A DNA stretch of 64,000 nucleotides from Octopus sinensis (GCF_006345805.1 NC_043015.1:3286001-3350000), one strand, 5' to 3'; numbered from the stretch's first letter, positions 1-15,730 are shown. Translations and numbers: made by a program. Notes: a model not told the origin generated them from the sequence alone.

Positions 1-3
1 TAT

Positions 4-91
<88 letters not shown>

Positions 92-100
92 TTATATATA

Positions 101-530
101 GAGGGCATTATACATAAATGCCAGAAGGCATTGTACATACATGCCAAACGCTAAGAGGACAATCAGTATTTCTACCAAAATATTACTAATCCCACCGAAT
201 GCAATTTTTCAAAGTAAGACATTTAAAAATATACACCTGTATCACAGTGATTTCATACTTAGTAATCATCAGCAGGCCTGAATGTATTATAAATAAACAA
301 CGACCCTGCCCCGCTTAAGCGATCAGCTAACTGATCAACATCAACGAAGCACATGGGTGAGTTTACATATATTACATCCGGGTAATGGCAAACTTTTACG
401 AATTGCATTTCGGAGGAAAAAGTTTTTTCGGAATAAAAATTTAGCAAAATTTTTTCTCTTATGAGGTTTTTACGCTATCTATTCTGTTAAGTTTTCCTTA
501 TTAAGTAGTTGTCCTCAATTGCTATATTAA
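101..530 (-). mobile_element. HHR-bearing island in (TA)n, probable PLE 3' end / pseudo-LTR
   Basis: Unique sequence between two (TA)n tracts containing an HHR at 235-277. Confidence 0.6.
235..277 (-). ncRNA. Minimal type I hammerhead ribozyme
   Basis: Minus strand: gcctg-CTGATGA-t tac taa gta t-GAAA-tcac t gtga-TA-caggt. Intact core, palindromic helix III, AUA site. Confidence 0.8.
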
Positions 531-709
531 TATAATATATAATATACTATATATATAATAATATATATATATATATTAGCTATATACATATATTATAATA
601 TACATATATATATAATATATATATATATATTATATATATATTTATTATATATTATATATATATCTATTATATATTATAATAATATATATATATATAGGAT
701 ATATATATA

Positions 710-748
<39 letters not shown>

Positions 749-773
749 TATATATATAATATATATATATATA

Positions 774-933
774 GGCGCAGAAGTGGCTGTGTGGTAAGTA
801 GCTTGCTAACCAACCATATGGTTCCGGGTTCATCCCTCTGCGTGAATCTTCGTCAAGTGTATTCTGCTATAGCCCGGGCCGACCAATGCCTTGTGAGTGG
901 ATTTGGTAGACGGAAACTGAAAGAAGCGTGTCG
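774..933 (+). mobile_element. tRNA-derived SINE family A (internal microsatellite), 5' half
   Basis: Head gtggctgtgtggtaag..ccgggttca with A/B-box-like motifs, then gatttggtagacggaaactgaaagaag. Confidence 0.85.
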
Positions 934-1160
934 TATAATGTATATATATTGTATGTATATTATATATATATATATGTTTTGGTTTCTCGCTCTGCCATAT
1001 ACGACTATGAGGATTTACCTTCCCAATGAAACTCGTTATTTTTCCCAAACATTTTCTCAACACTGCTATAATGTAATATATGTCTTTGGTGTGGTAATTG
1101 AACGCGGCTGAAGAAGGCTGTTGACAATCACGTTATATCAATTATGCATATATATGTATT

Positions 1161-1193
<33 letters not shown>

Positions 1194-1576
1194 ATACATA
1201 TATATACACACACATACACATGGACATACATACATATTTCTATGCGTGTGTGTTTCTGAATATTGTTTTATAATTGTACGCATCATTTTTTTGTATGTAG
1301 TTTCTCTTAATATATTCAAAGAAATAGATGTAGTCTCTGTGTTTAAATACGCGTGTAAGATTGTCCTTTTTGTTATTATACAAATTAACCTATGGCATGC
1401 GGATTTTGTTCTCATTTGTGTGAAATTACATATTACTTGATTGACATTTCTTCTTTCAAGATTTTCCGTTTTATAACTTTTTTGAAAATTGTCTTTCTTA
1501 ATAGATTGAACGAAATAATCCAAAGAATTTCCATTTTCCTTTGAATTTATATCGAATGATAAATACATTTTGCTTC

Positions 1577-1656
<80 letters not shown>

Positions 1657-3602
1657 ATAATATACATATGCATATACATATAACACACACACACAAAGGA
1701 TGCCATTCGTTAAATGTATATTTCGGTAATTATGCCTATAACTGGTTGATAAATATGTAAATGTGCAGACGACTTAATGTATCTCGTGGACTTTTTTAGC
1801 AAACTACAGTACCTATAAGATTGATTTATTAAATATTCGTTTGTTTTGTTCTTTGTTCTTTTTGCTGTCGATTACTTATGCTTATCAGTGAAATACACAT
1901 ACCTGTATTGAAAAAGCAGTAAATATGTTTCACAGATTTTATTTCACTTATTTTATTTTATTTGGCAATTTAAACACCGAAGGCATAAAGAAATTTACAT
2001 TTCCGCATAGAATATTAGAGAACAACGTATGTAAAAGAAACTATGACATATATAGACCATTTCTCTTCTAAGATAAATATTTGCTTTCACAAACAAATCA
2101 CAAACACTCAGTTTCAGAATTTAACTCTTAGAAGCATACTGAATAAAATAAACTGACAAAATTCAGTATTCCACCGAACACTTGAATAATAATACAAGTG
2201 TATCATTAATGAAAAAAAGACAGTAGCTACAAAAAATCAAATGGTTTGTGAAATTACACGTATTAACTCTAATAATATAAACAACACTATATACGGAAAG
2301 TGTAAACTAGTACATTCGTCCTGTGTATCAAATAGAAAATACGTAATACTTTCATAAAGTGTTATATGGGACAAAGAAGTACGACAAAAGCTCAATTGTT
2401 CACACTCTGGTTTCAGGAGGAAATAAATTTTAAGAATACATTACTGAACACAAAACAAGACAAGCCGGAATTACATTTGAGAACATGTTATACATATAAA
2501 AGACTAAAGTAACCAAGGGGAGGATGGATGATGAGAGTATAGCCACAATAATTACAAACAACATCATACTGAGCAGGTAGTTAACTAGTCATAAACGAAA
2601 CATATTCTATTTCAGGAAAATGTAAATTTGGAAGTGCTGAAAAATTATGTCTACGAGAGTAAAATTTTAAAAAAAATCGGTAATATTTACTTTGGTATCT
2701 AAGTAATTGAATAAATGAAAAATGTTACAGGCATGAAAAACTCTTCAGTAAGAAACGAGGACCAAGGAAATTTAGTGTGCCGCAAATTATGTTTGAGAGA
2801 TTAAAATGTATCTTAATACAGTAAGAGGAACAATATATTTCAAAAGAGTACTATTCCTTGCGTAAATATAATTATTGATACGTGAGTCGGATTGTTTGGT
2901 ATGAACGTGTGAAGATATTCGTATGTTTGTCAGAGTTCGGAGGTACCTGTACGCACGTATATCTGTGTGTATGCATGCATGTATGTGTGTGTATGTCATT
3001 TTTGAGAAAGTAGCATACACTAAGGAAGTGGCGCTGATGTACGAATATATGAAGCCCAATGTACCCATTGTGACTACCCGTGTGTTAACGATATACCGGG
3101 CACGCACATCATAAGCATATGTGACCAACGCGGTCACCTCATACTAAAATACACGGTGCACAATATCATATATTGTATTTGCAAGTGTCGTCCTTTCAGA
3201 ATACGCTACTTAAAGTTTAGTGTTCCCCAAAAGATTGAGAAAACGTACTATGTGCTCTTAAGCATCAGAAATACCTCATCGTGAAAATTTCAGTAAAACT
3301 GAGGCCATTCAGTGGTAGTTGATTAAGTGCAGTTGTTTAAGAAAAGAAAGAGTTTATGAACAAATAGGTGAGGGGAAAGTTATAAATAGTATAAGAAACG
3401 CACGATGAAGAAATTGAAAACAGAATATTTGGACAAGTGAATTGTCTATAATTACAAAGTCAACGTTGAAGAATATAGGTAATTACGACGTGCAATTGGA
3501 ATGTCAGGGGGGATTTTCCTTAAAAGACAACATTGATAGAATTCATATACGTATATTTTTATACAGCCCCCCACACGTACGCACATACACATACATACGC
3601 AT

Positions 3603-3742
<140 letters not shown>

Positions 3743-5507
3743 GAATGATCGTATGTATGTAGGTATGTATGTTTCGGACATTATGACTTGTTTTTTTATG
3801 ATTCTCGCGTGAAAAGCACTATCGGCCTGTAAATTTGACATGGAAAATTCAACATACATTCCGAAAATAAGAAAGGTGGATCTTTCATAAGGCAACATGC
3901 ACAAGACTGCATCGACGAACTACATATTTCGCTTACAGGAAAGAGTTTAGTTAGGAATATATACACCTGAGAATTCACATGTGAATTTGGGCTGGCATCG
4001 GAAAAGCAGCGTACTTTTAATAATGAAATGATAATATTCAGGGATAATTTCAGGTAATTCGATTTCGCAAGTGTTAATTCAATAATTGAATTATATTCGA
4101 TTAAATAAATATCATATCTGATGAACATGTTCGAGTGTATCTATAAGTTATGGGTCATATAATACGCCACAATATTTCTCCTCATCAAACGAAGAGACAG
4201 TTGGAAAATATATTCCTTGGAGGATTACTATATGTTACACATATTTAATGTGCTTCTTGCTTTGATAACCGTCTTTTCGTAGAATTATAACTTTGAAGAA
4301 GCTGAAAGAAGCTTTGTATTTCTTAAAAAATTTAATACTATCGCATGAATCGATCATTCACATTTTCTTGAATTAAAGAATATTCAACAAAGTATCCACC
4401 TATCTATTTGAGAAATTCGGATAAATGATTTGCTCTCCTTACTAGATTTTCTTCTCCTTTAACTCACTGATTCATTAAATATTTATTTTATGTTTTGTAA
4501 TAAATATAAGAATCTGCGCTGTATAATCGCTTGCATAGCATACTAACGTACTGCAATGAGAATATCATACTTACGCACCATTCGATCAAGGAGGACATTT
4601 TATTATAGAGGTATTGAACGAAATGACAGAGAGTCTCTATTGCAGGAAACAACAGGAAATATTACTTAGCCAATCACCAACATAATACTGTACCTATCTA
4701 TCTGTATACCTATCTCTTTATCTATCTATCTATCTATCCATCTATTTTTCTATCTATCTATCCATCTATCTATATATCTATCTGTCTATATATCTGTCTG
4801 TCTATCTATCTCTCTATCTATCACATGGGTTCTATGATTAAATATATAAAGAAATACAATTTCAAGTGCACTGGTACATTTTTGGTCAAACTGAAGCTAT
4901 ATACCCATTAGCATAATGAACATTCCTACAGACATACAAGAAAGTAGTACTCCACTTAGACTTTGAGTTCAATAAATATCCATGTTACCTTATTATGTGT
5001 CATTATCTATGAAACATGCAGACATTTTTTACCCTGGTGAGCAGTACACGTAACTATTGCCCTGGTAAATTATCTTCCATATTATTGACAACGCATTTCA
5101 TAGAATGGTTAACGTTAAATTACAGATGGTAGTTTATCACATGAGAAAATCGAGGGAAGGCATTTGAGTGCCAGATGTATTCATACGATATTCACTCCCA
5201 TGTATTGCCAAGGATCACCGTTAACTACTATATGTGCCATTTCTTGCTATGAAAAAGACCACTTGATCTCAATAGTTTTCCAAGTTGCAGGAACGCAAGG
5301 CTGTTCATAAAAGCAGCTTAGTATAATCAGATTAGTAGCTTAGTAACTCCCACTGCTCCAGTCTGTATCAGGCTACTGCTCCCATACTTAGTGGTGAGTA
5401 CTTAGTAAAATGAATAGCACCATTGTTATTTTATTCCTTAATTTCTTCCACTGCAAATGAGTTAATGTGTACGTAAATCTGCGGGAATCATGCATAAATT
5501 ATTGTCT

Positions 5508-6000
5508 GCATCTGCGCTAGCTAGTTGTAATAAGTTGATCCTAAAAGCGACTACCTAGTGCCAGTGCGCGTATGCAAATTAATAGATGCGCACGAATATA
5601 TATCAAATAGAATGTTTTTAAACAAATAGCGTTTGTTTAAAAAAAAGTAAATAATTTTTTTTCTAAACAAACTAAATACATTTTTCCTTGATTTTCGTTA
5701 TCAAAATCGCATTGGTTGCTTTCATTGCAAATAAAAAAACAATCCCACCGTCCTTGCAATTCGTTCGAACATGCCACCAAACAATGAAATAAAATATTGA
5801 AGTTGATTTGATTACTGGAATGAGAAAAAAAAAACAGAACACATTTTATTTGATATATATTTTCGCGCGTGAGTTTTATGCGCGCATGTGCACATCTATT
5901 AATTTTCATACGCGCACACGCGTTACGTTGTCGTTGTAGGATCGGATCGATAGTCACTACTAGCCAGCGCGGATGCGCGAGTGCGCGTGCCGGGACCACT
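5508..6000. mobile_element. MITE-like element with long imperfect inverted repeats
   Basis: 5508-5615 (gcatctgcgctagctagt..gtgcgcgtatgcaaattaatagatg..atatatatcaaata) is complementary to ~5843-5976. CpG-rich relative to flanks. Confidence 0.65.
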
Positions 6001-6276
6001 CCTCTTAAATATTACCGCATTAAATACGTATGTAAGCGAGAATGTCAATAATTAAAAAAATATAAGAAAAAAATAATCAAATAAATATAATTCAAAAACT
6101 AGTATAACTGCTATATATATTCTTACGTAATTTTTAAAATATGAATCTAGTCTAATAATATTTCTGCCCATTATATTTTATATGTAATAAATCTACATAA
6201 CATGCGAAGAAATTATATCGTTAATTATATCGTTAAATCTCAGAAAAGACAAAGTATTGTTAATCATAGTTAAATG

Positions 6277-6293
6277 TAATAATAATAATAATG

Positions 6294-6361
<68 letters not shown>

Positions 6362-6397
6362 TATTATAATAATAATAATTATAATAATAGTAATAAT
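6277..6397. repeat. (AAT)n microsatellite
   Basis: Read directly. Confidence 0.95.
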
Positions 6398-6401
6398 GAG
6401 G

Positions 6402-6478
6402 GTCTTCTATTATGGCCTCGGGCCGACCAAAGCTTTTTAAGTAGATTTGGTATACAGAAAGTGAAAGAAGCCTGCCGT

Positions 6479-6534
<56 letters not shown>

Positions 6535-6815
6535 CTGCATGTATATGCATATATGTGTGTGTGTGCGCCTGTGTGTGTTTGTATGTATGTGTCTATATAT
6601 ATATTTGTATCTCTCTGTTTGTTCCCCCCAACATCACTTGAAAACTGATGCTGGTGTGTTTACATCCTTGTAACTTAGTGGTTCGGCAAAAGAGACCGAT
6701 AGAATAAGTACTAGGCTTACAAAGAATAAGTTCTGGGGTCGATTGTCTCGCCTAAAAGACGGTGCTCCAGCATGGTCACAGTCAAATGGCTGAAACAAGT
6801 AAAAGAGTAAGAGAG
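6402..6815 (+). mobile_element. SINE family A, 5'-truncated
   Basis: Matches other copies on both sides of the internal (TA)/(TG) tract. Tail aagtaaaagagtaa. Confidence 0.85.
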
Positions 6816-6827
6816 TATATGATTTCA

Positions 6828-6968
6828 CCATGTGCTGCACATATCGTTGTGATGCATGTGCCTAGTGTACCGTTATCAGACGGGTAGTCATGATGGGTAT
6901 ATTGGGCTTCGTATATTTTACCCAAGTGTCAATTTGATGACATGCACAGCTCTCTCACTCAATAATAA
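6828..6968 (+). mobile_element. Probable 3' end of a non-LTR retroelement ending in (AAT)n
   Basis: GC-richer block ending ctctctcactc-aataataa. Single copy in this window, so support is limited. Confidence 0.4.
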
Positions 6969-7680
6969 AAATAATAATATTTTATTTTCAATGGGGCAAT
7001 ACTAAATAATAATAAGGAATAATACTAAATATATTCCGTATTTATCATGACCTATAATGTAATTGCTATCAAAATAACAATAAAGTAGTTTTATTAAGAA
7101 AACAACTTTCGTAAGGCAAAAACAAAATGAAACTATAAATATGTATTATCATAATAATATACTTATAATATTATAATATTACAAATTTACTGATGTCAGT
7201 AAAAAAATAATCACTGAAATGTTTATTCCCAATACGCACAAGTCAAACAGTTTTATAAAACAATTTTTTAAATTTGCTGTTATGTATTACCTATACTAAT
7301 ATATACAGAAATAAATAACTGAATTACCAACAATTTACCTAGATTTACAGAGGAAAATGATTTACATTAAATCAATATTTAGAATTTTAATGGTTTATAA
7401 TTTCGATATATCAGAAGAACAGGATATACGCAAGATAATTTTAATAATTATTATAGCGTTTAGTATAAATATACGCATATGCATAATATTTAAAGATATA
7501 TATAACTATGTTTAAAAAATATCATAATCTTCGTTTATGTACTAATATAATCATCATAAATTAATAATTAAATTACAAAATACAAAATTTTCTTTTTTCA
7601 GGGGATGTAAACCAACGTTTATAAACTTATACATTCATGCTTTCCAAAAAAACAGAAACGGAAATCGATCAGTATATTAG

Positions 7681-7682
<2 letters not shown>

Positions 7683-7764
<82 letters not shown>

Positions 7765-7796
7765 CATTATTATTATTATTATTATTATTAATATTA

Positions 7797-7844
<48 letters not shown>

Positions 7845-7883
7845 TATTATTATATTATTATTATTATTATTATTATTCAGTAG

Positions 7884-7932
<49 letters not shown>

Positions 7933-7960
7933 ATTATTAGTATTAGTATTATTATTATCA
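7683..7960. repeat. (ATT)n microsatellite
   Basis: Read directly. Confidence 0.95.
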
Positions 7961-8338
7961 TCATCAAAGTTAATTTAAATTCTTATAATATTTCAAGATA
8001 ACATAAAATAATATAACATGAAATTTATACGTTTAATTCAACTACGAATATACTAATATAGATTTAAACTTAATATAAATACGATATAGAGTTTATAAAT
8101 ATTAAAGTATTACTAGGCAATTAAATTGCGTACAATATATATTAAAATAATAAATCTATTTAGTAATGTATGTACATGTTATAATCATTCATACTAATAA
8201 AGTAATTGAAACTTACTAAACAGGTGGTTCCCCTAAATAATTTCTTCGAAATTCAGTTACAGCGAGAAATGTGGATCACGTTTTGAATATGGGTAAAGAT
8301 TACATGGAGAATTGCGTTCACGTTATCATCCATATATA

Positions 8339-8369
<31 letters not shown>

Positions 8370-8379
8370 ATATATTATA

Positions 8380-8415
<36 letters not shown>

Positions 8416-8416
8416 G

Positions 8417-8453
<37 letters not shown>

Positions 8454-8464
8454 ACATATACATG

Positions 8465-8504
8465 TTACCGTCTCGCTCTTGCTGCAGCAAGAGCAAGATG
8501 GTAA
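8465..8504. other. 40-bp near-perfect palindrome beside (TA)n
   Basis: ttaccgtctcgctcttgctg|cagcaagagcaagatggtaa, two deviations. Confidence 0.85.
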
Positions 8505-8971
8505 TAATTTTAATAAAATCGCAATTAATTAATCTTCCCCTATTTGAATTTACGAAAACCAGGGAGATTTCAACAACCCATGATATGTATGCACACAGAA
8601 ATTATTCCCAATTGAATGTAATGCAACCGAATAACATATTGGAGTTATTAGTTGAGCCCTTATTGTGGTCTAATATTCTACACATACATTGACAGATATA
8701 TACACATAAAACATTGCACGTGATACATGATTTCATAGTTAATTTATTTAACGATCTGACCGAATTAAGTTTGCCTTCTGGCATTGATATATATAAAAGT
8801 ATTATACAACGTAATTTCATACCCTCAAATTCATGCAGTAGAAATAGACAAGTCTGACTCCACATATATGTTTGTATGTATGTATGTATATATGTATCTA
8901 TGTACGTATGTATGTATGCATGAGTGCGTGCAGGTATTCATGTATGTATGCAAGAATGAATGTATGTACGG

Positions 8972-9010
<39 letters not shown>

Positions 9011-9832
9011 GTATGTTTCTCTGAATTACCAGTAATTTGCGCTGATCCGTTGGTCTTTATACATAACTTTTGGTTAAGTTATCGGATTGATATATGACAG
9101 AAGTTGTTTTTGAAACCCAAGTCATTCACTAATTAGCCAATTATAACACACAGCATTATCTTTTTTCACAATACTATTATACTGCAAGTATATTCATTTT
9201 GCTTAGCTGTGTACAGTCGAGGAACCTCTGCTTGTGGTGATGTAGATTTTAATTTCAAAACATCGGGGTCGTTTTTCTTAATATATAGAATAGTATAAGT
9301 TGCAACATGCCTTTTTGTATTACGTAGAAAGTATTTTGATATATGCTGCTTGGAAAAAAAAGTTTGGCGAGAAAATTAGATATATTAGATGTTATCTATT
9401 AGGGGAAGCATTTCAAATTTATACTTTCATTTAACCCTATTGTATATTTTACTCTGACTTACAGCAGATTCTGCTGTAGTCTTTGGCATCATATTATAAT
9501 GCAATACATTCTCCCTCATGTAACGCATTGTGTCATATGCAATAATGCAGTTGTTCATTGATAAATTCACAGGGTATTTTCCTACTGACTGATGCAATTT
9601 TATTAATTACTTCCTCTTACATAGTACGAAATTCCACATGTTTACAACGTGTATATAAACTTAAAGCTGATGTCCGCTTGTGTACTATAAATGGTCAAGG
9701 CAAATTACGCCCCATTAAGGAGTGTGCTATCAGCAGCCTTGAATGAACCTATCCTTATCTATCTATGTGTCTGTATATCTGTCACTTTCTTTGTCTGTAT
9801 CTCTTTATCCCTCTGACTCTCTCTCTCTCTAC

Positions 9833-9890
<58 letters not shown>

Positions 9891-12236
9891 AATATATATA
9901 TATATATATACGTATGGATGTATATATGTATACACACACACACACACACACTCATACACATATATTTCTTCATACCACTGTAAATGTATCCCAATAAGTG
10001 TAACCCGAGTTCTCTTCACAGGTTGTCTCTTCTTTCAGTTAATCATGTCTTAAATACTTTGGATAAGAAAATGAAGGTGCCACAAGTTGTGTGTTATTGG
10101 GATAAGAATAACGAAATGTAACTTCATTTTTCTGACTGGAATTATATGCACTGTAATCTAGTGGACATGGAAACGGGAAGGGAAATTGGTATTAATTTTG
10201 ATGAAGTGACTTTAATCCACATCAACTGTCACTTTCTGTATACGAATTTAAGCCGTGTTTGTTTAATGGATGGGATGAAACCTTCCAGGAAACAAGCGTT
10301 AATGAAATTAGTAACTTGTTTAAAATAATATGGCATTTGCTCAGTGACATAACGTATTGCTGTGCAAATTAGAACTTTATTTTAGTTACTACGGAAAGAA
10401 CATAAAATTGAATTCAGTGCAACCAAATCCGAAGTGTAATCAATCAATTTGTTGACTACTGATTAAGTAATCTCGTCGAATATTCAGCCTTCTGCACTCA
10501 GTAAAAGAAAACAACTGATAACCATGCTAAGATGGTGAACCTAATGATTCCCCATTGTGACGCAAGGAAATGCTGAGATTTGCGTGGAGCTATATTCCAT
10601 TTCAAGACGAATATATTTGACTTGTATTGTCCCAAGGGGACAGTGAAGAATTGCGTTACATTTCTGTTAGCATATTTAATGCGACAATGTTTAAAAAACA
10701 TGATTAGAATTAAGTTGTGTCAAGGATTCACGCTATTATTGATGTTATTTAAAAAAAATTAAGCATCAAATATGTTTTGGTCAGAAAGACTCTCCAATAA
10801 ATTATAGCTTTCTTAATACAACCCGCTGCAGCGAAAGAGCTATTTGTTGTAGGTTACGGTAGAAATAGATGCGAAGTTTCTTGAACCCAAGATAATTCGT
10901 ATATCGCGCATATATTAGGCTGTAACATGTACACAGGAATTAGAGCAACAACTCTATTTTAATAGATAGATTGGTTTCATATCAGGTACACATTCGATTT
11001 TCTATAGGTTTAGTTTTAAAAGAGAAATATGTAAAAACTTGTAGAGTGGATGATCAGCCAGGAGAAATTTTGTGAAGCAAGGACAGTTACTATCCAATCT
11101 TATGTAAAATATGTACACCGTTTCTACGAAAAGGGCGCCCATATGTCTCTTGGGGTGCCCAAAACATAATAACTAAAGTTATTTAAACGAAGCCTAATGC
11201 GATATGTTAACATCATCAAACAGAATGGAGAATATGGATGTGACTGTGGTGTTCAATACTGCCGAACTAGATGTGTAGTGGGAAAATTGTTGTGGAAAGC
11301 ATGATAGCGTTGCTTGTGAAATAAATATAATGATATCTTTGAAGCTAGTATTGCTTGTTTTGCCTACGACATTTGTAGGTCAAGTATGAAGTATTCGATA
11401 GCTGAAAGCTAACTGTGGATCAATTAAATTCAGTCATTGTGGCATTGACATAAATATTTGAAGTAGTTTGCCGAAGTTTAATCATAATTAGCAGTAAATT
11501 ATTTTCCTATATTCTTCGTCAAAGTGCTTCACAGCTAAGTACTTTAGACCCTTCCACCATAATAGGCACCACTCCAGTCTACTTATTTCATGTATTCTAT
11601 ATCGTAGATCCTTGACTTCGGACTTTCATTTTCAAATGTAGAGTATATCAACAATCAAAGGTATGTTTCACAAATCTATGAATGCGGCGTGGTTAACAGC
11701 AACGAACCAAACACAAATGATTTCTTGTTCGAACACTACTCATCACGCTGGTTTACTGTATTCGATTGTAGTATCTGACACACCAATCAAAGCAATGTGA
11801 ATGGATATAAGATGTTAAAACTCTATGTAGAAACCAGTCAACGACCCCGTTAAATCTGTCTGTTCAGGGATTTAATCTTTCTCAACTTAAGGCTTCGAAC
11901 GTACAAGAAGGCGAGTTTAGAGTACACAATTCTTACGCAACCATTTGATCAGGAAAAAATAACCCAGATTTATTTCTTGAGCTCTTTCTAGTAGTTACAG
12001 GGTGATTTTAATATTGTTATGGACAGAACAACTCATTCACTAAATAGGCAATTATAAAACAATTGAGTGGTGTAATATGGAGTTATTTCTAATCTAAATA
12101 AAGTCGGATTTGAAATTCTGCATATATTATCATTTTTGATTTCAGTAAACACAAAATTTAGCCTAAATTCTTCGAGCATTTTAGCTCTACATAGTTACAG
12201 ATACATATGTATCATATTTCCTAATTTACATAACGC

Positions 12237-12374
<138 letters not shown>

Positions 12375-12411
12375 CATATAATATTTCTCATATACATATG
12401 TACATATGTAT

Positions 12412-12470
<59 letters not shown>

Positions 12471-12471
<1 letters not shown>

Positions 12472-12618
12472 GACGGGCTTCTGTCAGTTATCCTCTAGCA
12501 AATCCACTGACAACTATTTGGTCGGCCCGAGTCTATAGTAGAATACATTTGCAAAAGGTGCTACGCAGTGGGACTGAACCCGGAACGATGTGGTTGTGAA
12601 GCAACCTTCTTACCACAC
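12471..12618 (-). mobile_element. SINE family A, 5' half
   Basis: Reverse complement of family A head. Confidence 0.8.
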
Positions 12619-13133
12619 ATCTTATACAAGGACGGTCGGAAGTAGAAGGTATATACAAATATTTGTAGCTAGCCAACGCCCTACCAACAATTTAGCTTAA
12701 AATAAAATAACAAAAAGCAACATAAACTATGCATAAAATATTTAGTAACCGTCATTAATAAAAAGAAATTATACATTGGATACTTTACTACACATGTAAC
12801 GAGCAGCCCAACGACATAAGGAATATAGACAAACATGTATCCTTCTATAAAATGTACTACGCGCGAAATCAAAGTTTTTTACAAAAACAACAACCTAACC
12901 TGTTTTAAGAACATCACCTAACTTCGCACATCGACTACGGTTAAGTTGAGGTCAAGAGCATATACTTATAAATTACATCCACACCACCTCCAAAAGAACA
13001 CTAAGTAATCAGTTCACTTGGAGAATGACAAAATGGGTGGAGCGTGATGAACCAGTAACGACTATACTATAATAATGCATGTGCAAACGTGAATATTCGC
13101 GGAGGCGAAAACAATTTTAATATATTTTATATA

Positions 13134-13530
13134 GGCGTAGGAGTGGCTGTGTGGTAAGGAGCTTGGTTACCAACCACATGGTTCCGGGTTCAGTGCCACT
13201 GCGTGTCAACTTGGGGAAGTAATTTCCACAATACCCTCACTCTAAACAAAACCTTGTCCGTGGATTTGGTAGACAGAAACAGAAAGCCCGTTGTATATAG
13301 AAATATATATGTGTGTGTGTGTGTGTCTGCCTTTGACCCCTCCTAGCATCGCTTGACAACCAATGCTGGTGTGTTTATGTCACTGTAATTTAGCAGTTCG
13401 TCAAAAAGAGACCGATAGAATAAGTACTAGGCTTACAAATAATAAGTCCTCTGGTGGAGTTGCTCAATTAAAAGCGGTGCTCCAGCATGGCCGTAGTCAA
13501 ATGACTGAAGCAAGTGAAAGAGTAAATGAG
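13134..13530 (+). mobile_element. SINE family A, full length
   Basis: Head, internal microsatellite, gatagaataagtactaggcttac block, ggtgctccagcatggcc tail. Confidence 0.9.
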
Positions 13531-14090
13531 TATAAGTATAACATAAATGTTGATGATATACAAGACTTGATTCATTTTAATATTATCAATATTACACACA
13601 CGCACACACACACACACACACACATAGTTTGTATGTAGACATGTATATAAAGTAAGAGAGAAAGAAAGATTGGTGCAACAGACCGACAGATTGGTAGATA
13701 AAATAAAACTCTTTGAATGCATACTGCACCTAATATTTCACTTTCTTTATTTCCAGGCTCCTCGAAATCAATGAAATGAATATCAATATTTATACAAACA
13801 TGCTTTTAATGTAGCACTTCTTCATTTCCATAATATCATGCTAAAATAGTTTGTATACTGTTAATTAGCATATAACGTATCATACTATTTCGTCAATAAA
13901 CACTCTTACACATGTTAAATTTTATAAAGAACCTCTAAGATAAATAATCAGTATGTAAAAGTATTGAATTATCATTAACCATATGGCAGATCTTCTGGCT
14001 ACATGTGACTAATACATATATATGCATCCTACATGAGTGTATTTCAAACGTTTGCGGATTTAAAAAGTAATCATAGCTACAACGACAATC

Positions 14091-14560
14091 GTATAGTAAG
14101 AAGTTTTATTCCTAGTAATATTGTTCCTTGTTCAGACCCAATGCGTTGTACCTTCAGCTAGTTTCTTCTTCTATAGTCTAGGGTCGAGTAAAGCCTTGGA
14201 TTTGGAGGACGGAAACTAGAAACCTGTGTTGTGTGTGTGTGTGTGTGTATGTGTGTGTGTGTGTGTGTGTCAGCGTATATGTGTGCCTGAGTGTGCGTGA
14301 ATGTATGTGTTTGTGCATATTGGTGTGCGTCTGTAGATGTGTGTTTGTGTTTGCCTCTCACTACCGCTTCACAAATAGTTTGGCGTGTTTACGTCTTCGT
14401 ACCTTAGCGGTTCGACAAAAATGTGATATAGAATAAGTACCAAGCCTAGCAAAACAATTAACTAACGGGGTTCGTTCGATTAAAATAACTTTCAAGGTGG
14501 TCTTCCAGCCTTGCCATTATTAATTGACTGAGAGAATGTAAAAAAATAACAAGTAAAAGA
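14091..14560 (+). mobile_element. SINE family A, diverged
   Basis: ggatttggaggacggaaact, (TG)n, ttagcggttcgacaaaa, atagaataagtac. Confidence 0.7.
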
Positions 14561-15685
14561 TCGTATCTGATATGTATATGAAGTTCTGTTATCAAAGATT
14601 ATTGAAGCCGAAAATGCATTTTGAGTGGTAAATCTCCGCAGCCCTAAGTATACATCTTTACACCAGTATATTCAAAATCAGCAAATATAGTTTCAGTATT
14701 TAATTCACTGCATACATTCTTTATCACGAATATCATCAAATAAAACATTTCAAAAACTTAAGGGTTTACTAAGTGATGTCGGTGATCTGAATTCAAGTTA
14801 TGATCTATCGTATGTATTCATTAATGGCGTCTTGCACTATCCCATGTATTGTAGAATTCCGCTTAACTTCCATTTCTATAAATGTTACATTTGTGATAGT
14901 TTGGTGGTGGCGTAATAAAACTTTTCGTAATTGATGAGGTTTTTGCATGTCCAAATGGATTTTCAATTATTAGGATTTCACCCCATTTTACTAGCATTAA
15001 GTAATCAATTATATGACATTGAAGGTTTTCACATTGAATGACTTCTCAGGATTTTGCTTTTATTTCCGTGGTTCTTAAAAATTGCTGCAGAACAAATAGA
15101 TATGATTGTCACACAATCGCATTAATAATACTCAGGCAAGCAATTCTTTATTTTGGGGGGAGTTTTTTTTTTTTATTTAATACACGCCATTGTCTCTATT
15201 CCCATATCAGTAAAGACTGTTGAATATTGTCGATTAAGCAAAAACGATTCCGGGCATTAAGGAGAAACTATTATTGCAAGGAAGATTTTCAATTATATTG
15301 ACATGAAATAATTATAGGCCTATAGGAAACTCTTTCTATTATGCGATAAAGTAAATAAGCACAAAATAACTAAATTGTGAGAATTATTATAAAAGCATTC
15401 TTTTTTACACCTTCATGTATTGTAATGTTCCTCTACACTAGTCTAAATTTAAACACTCGTTGATTCTCTGTCACGCACACGAACTGCGTAAACCAAAGCA
15501 CGTGGTTAGGATATGTGATAAACTTCTGGAAAAAGAGTAATCAGGTTGATGTGACTACATTTCTGCAGTCCAGCAAAATCAAAACTCATATCTAGTTGAT
15601 GTTAGTTGAATCGCTGAAAATATTTGCGTGAATGTGTATATATATTAGTGTTTTTGTGTACGTTGTTTATGTGCGTGTATGCATT

Positions 15686-15730
<45 letters not shown>

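Noticed and set aside
1000-1125. Possible decayed HHR pieces (ctatga..gaaactcgtt; ctgaaga) in a TA-flanked island
   Set aside because: Core incomplete and no convincing helices.
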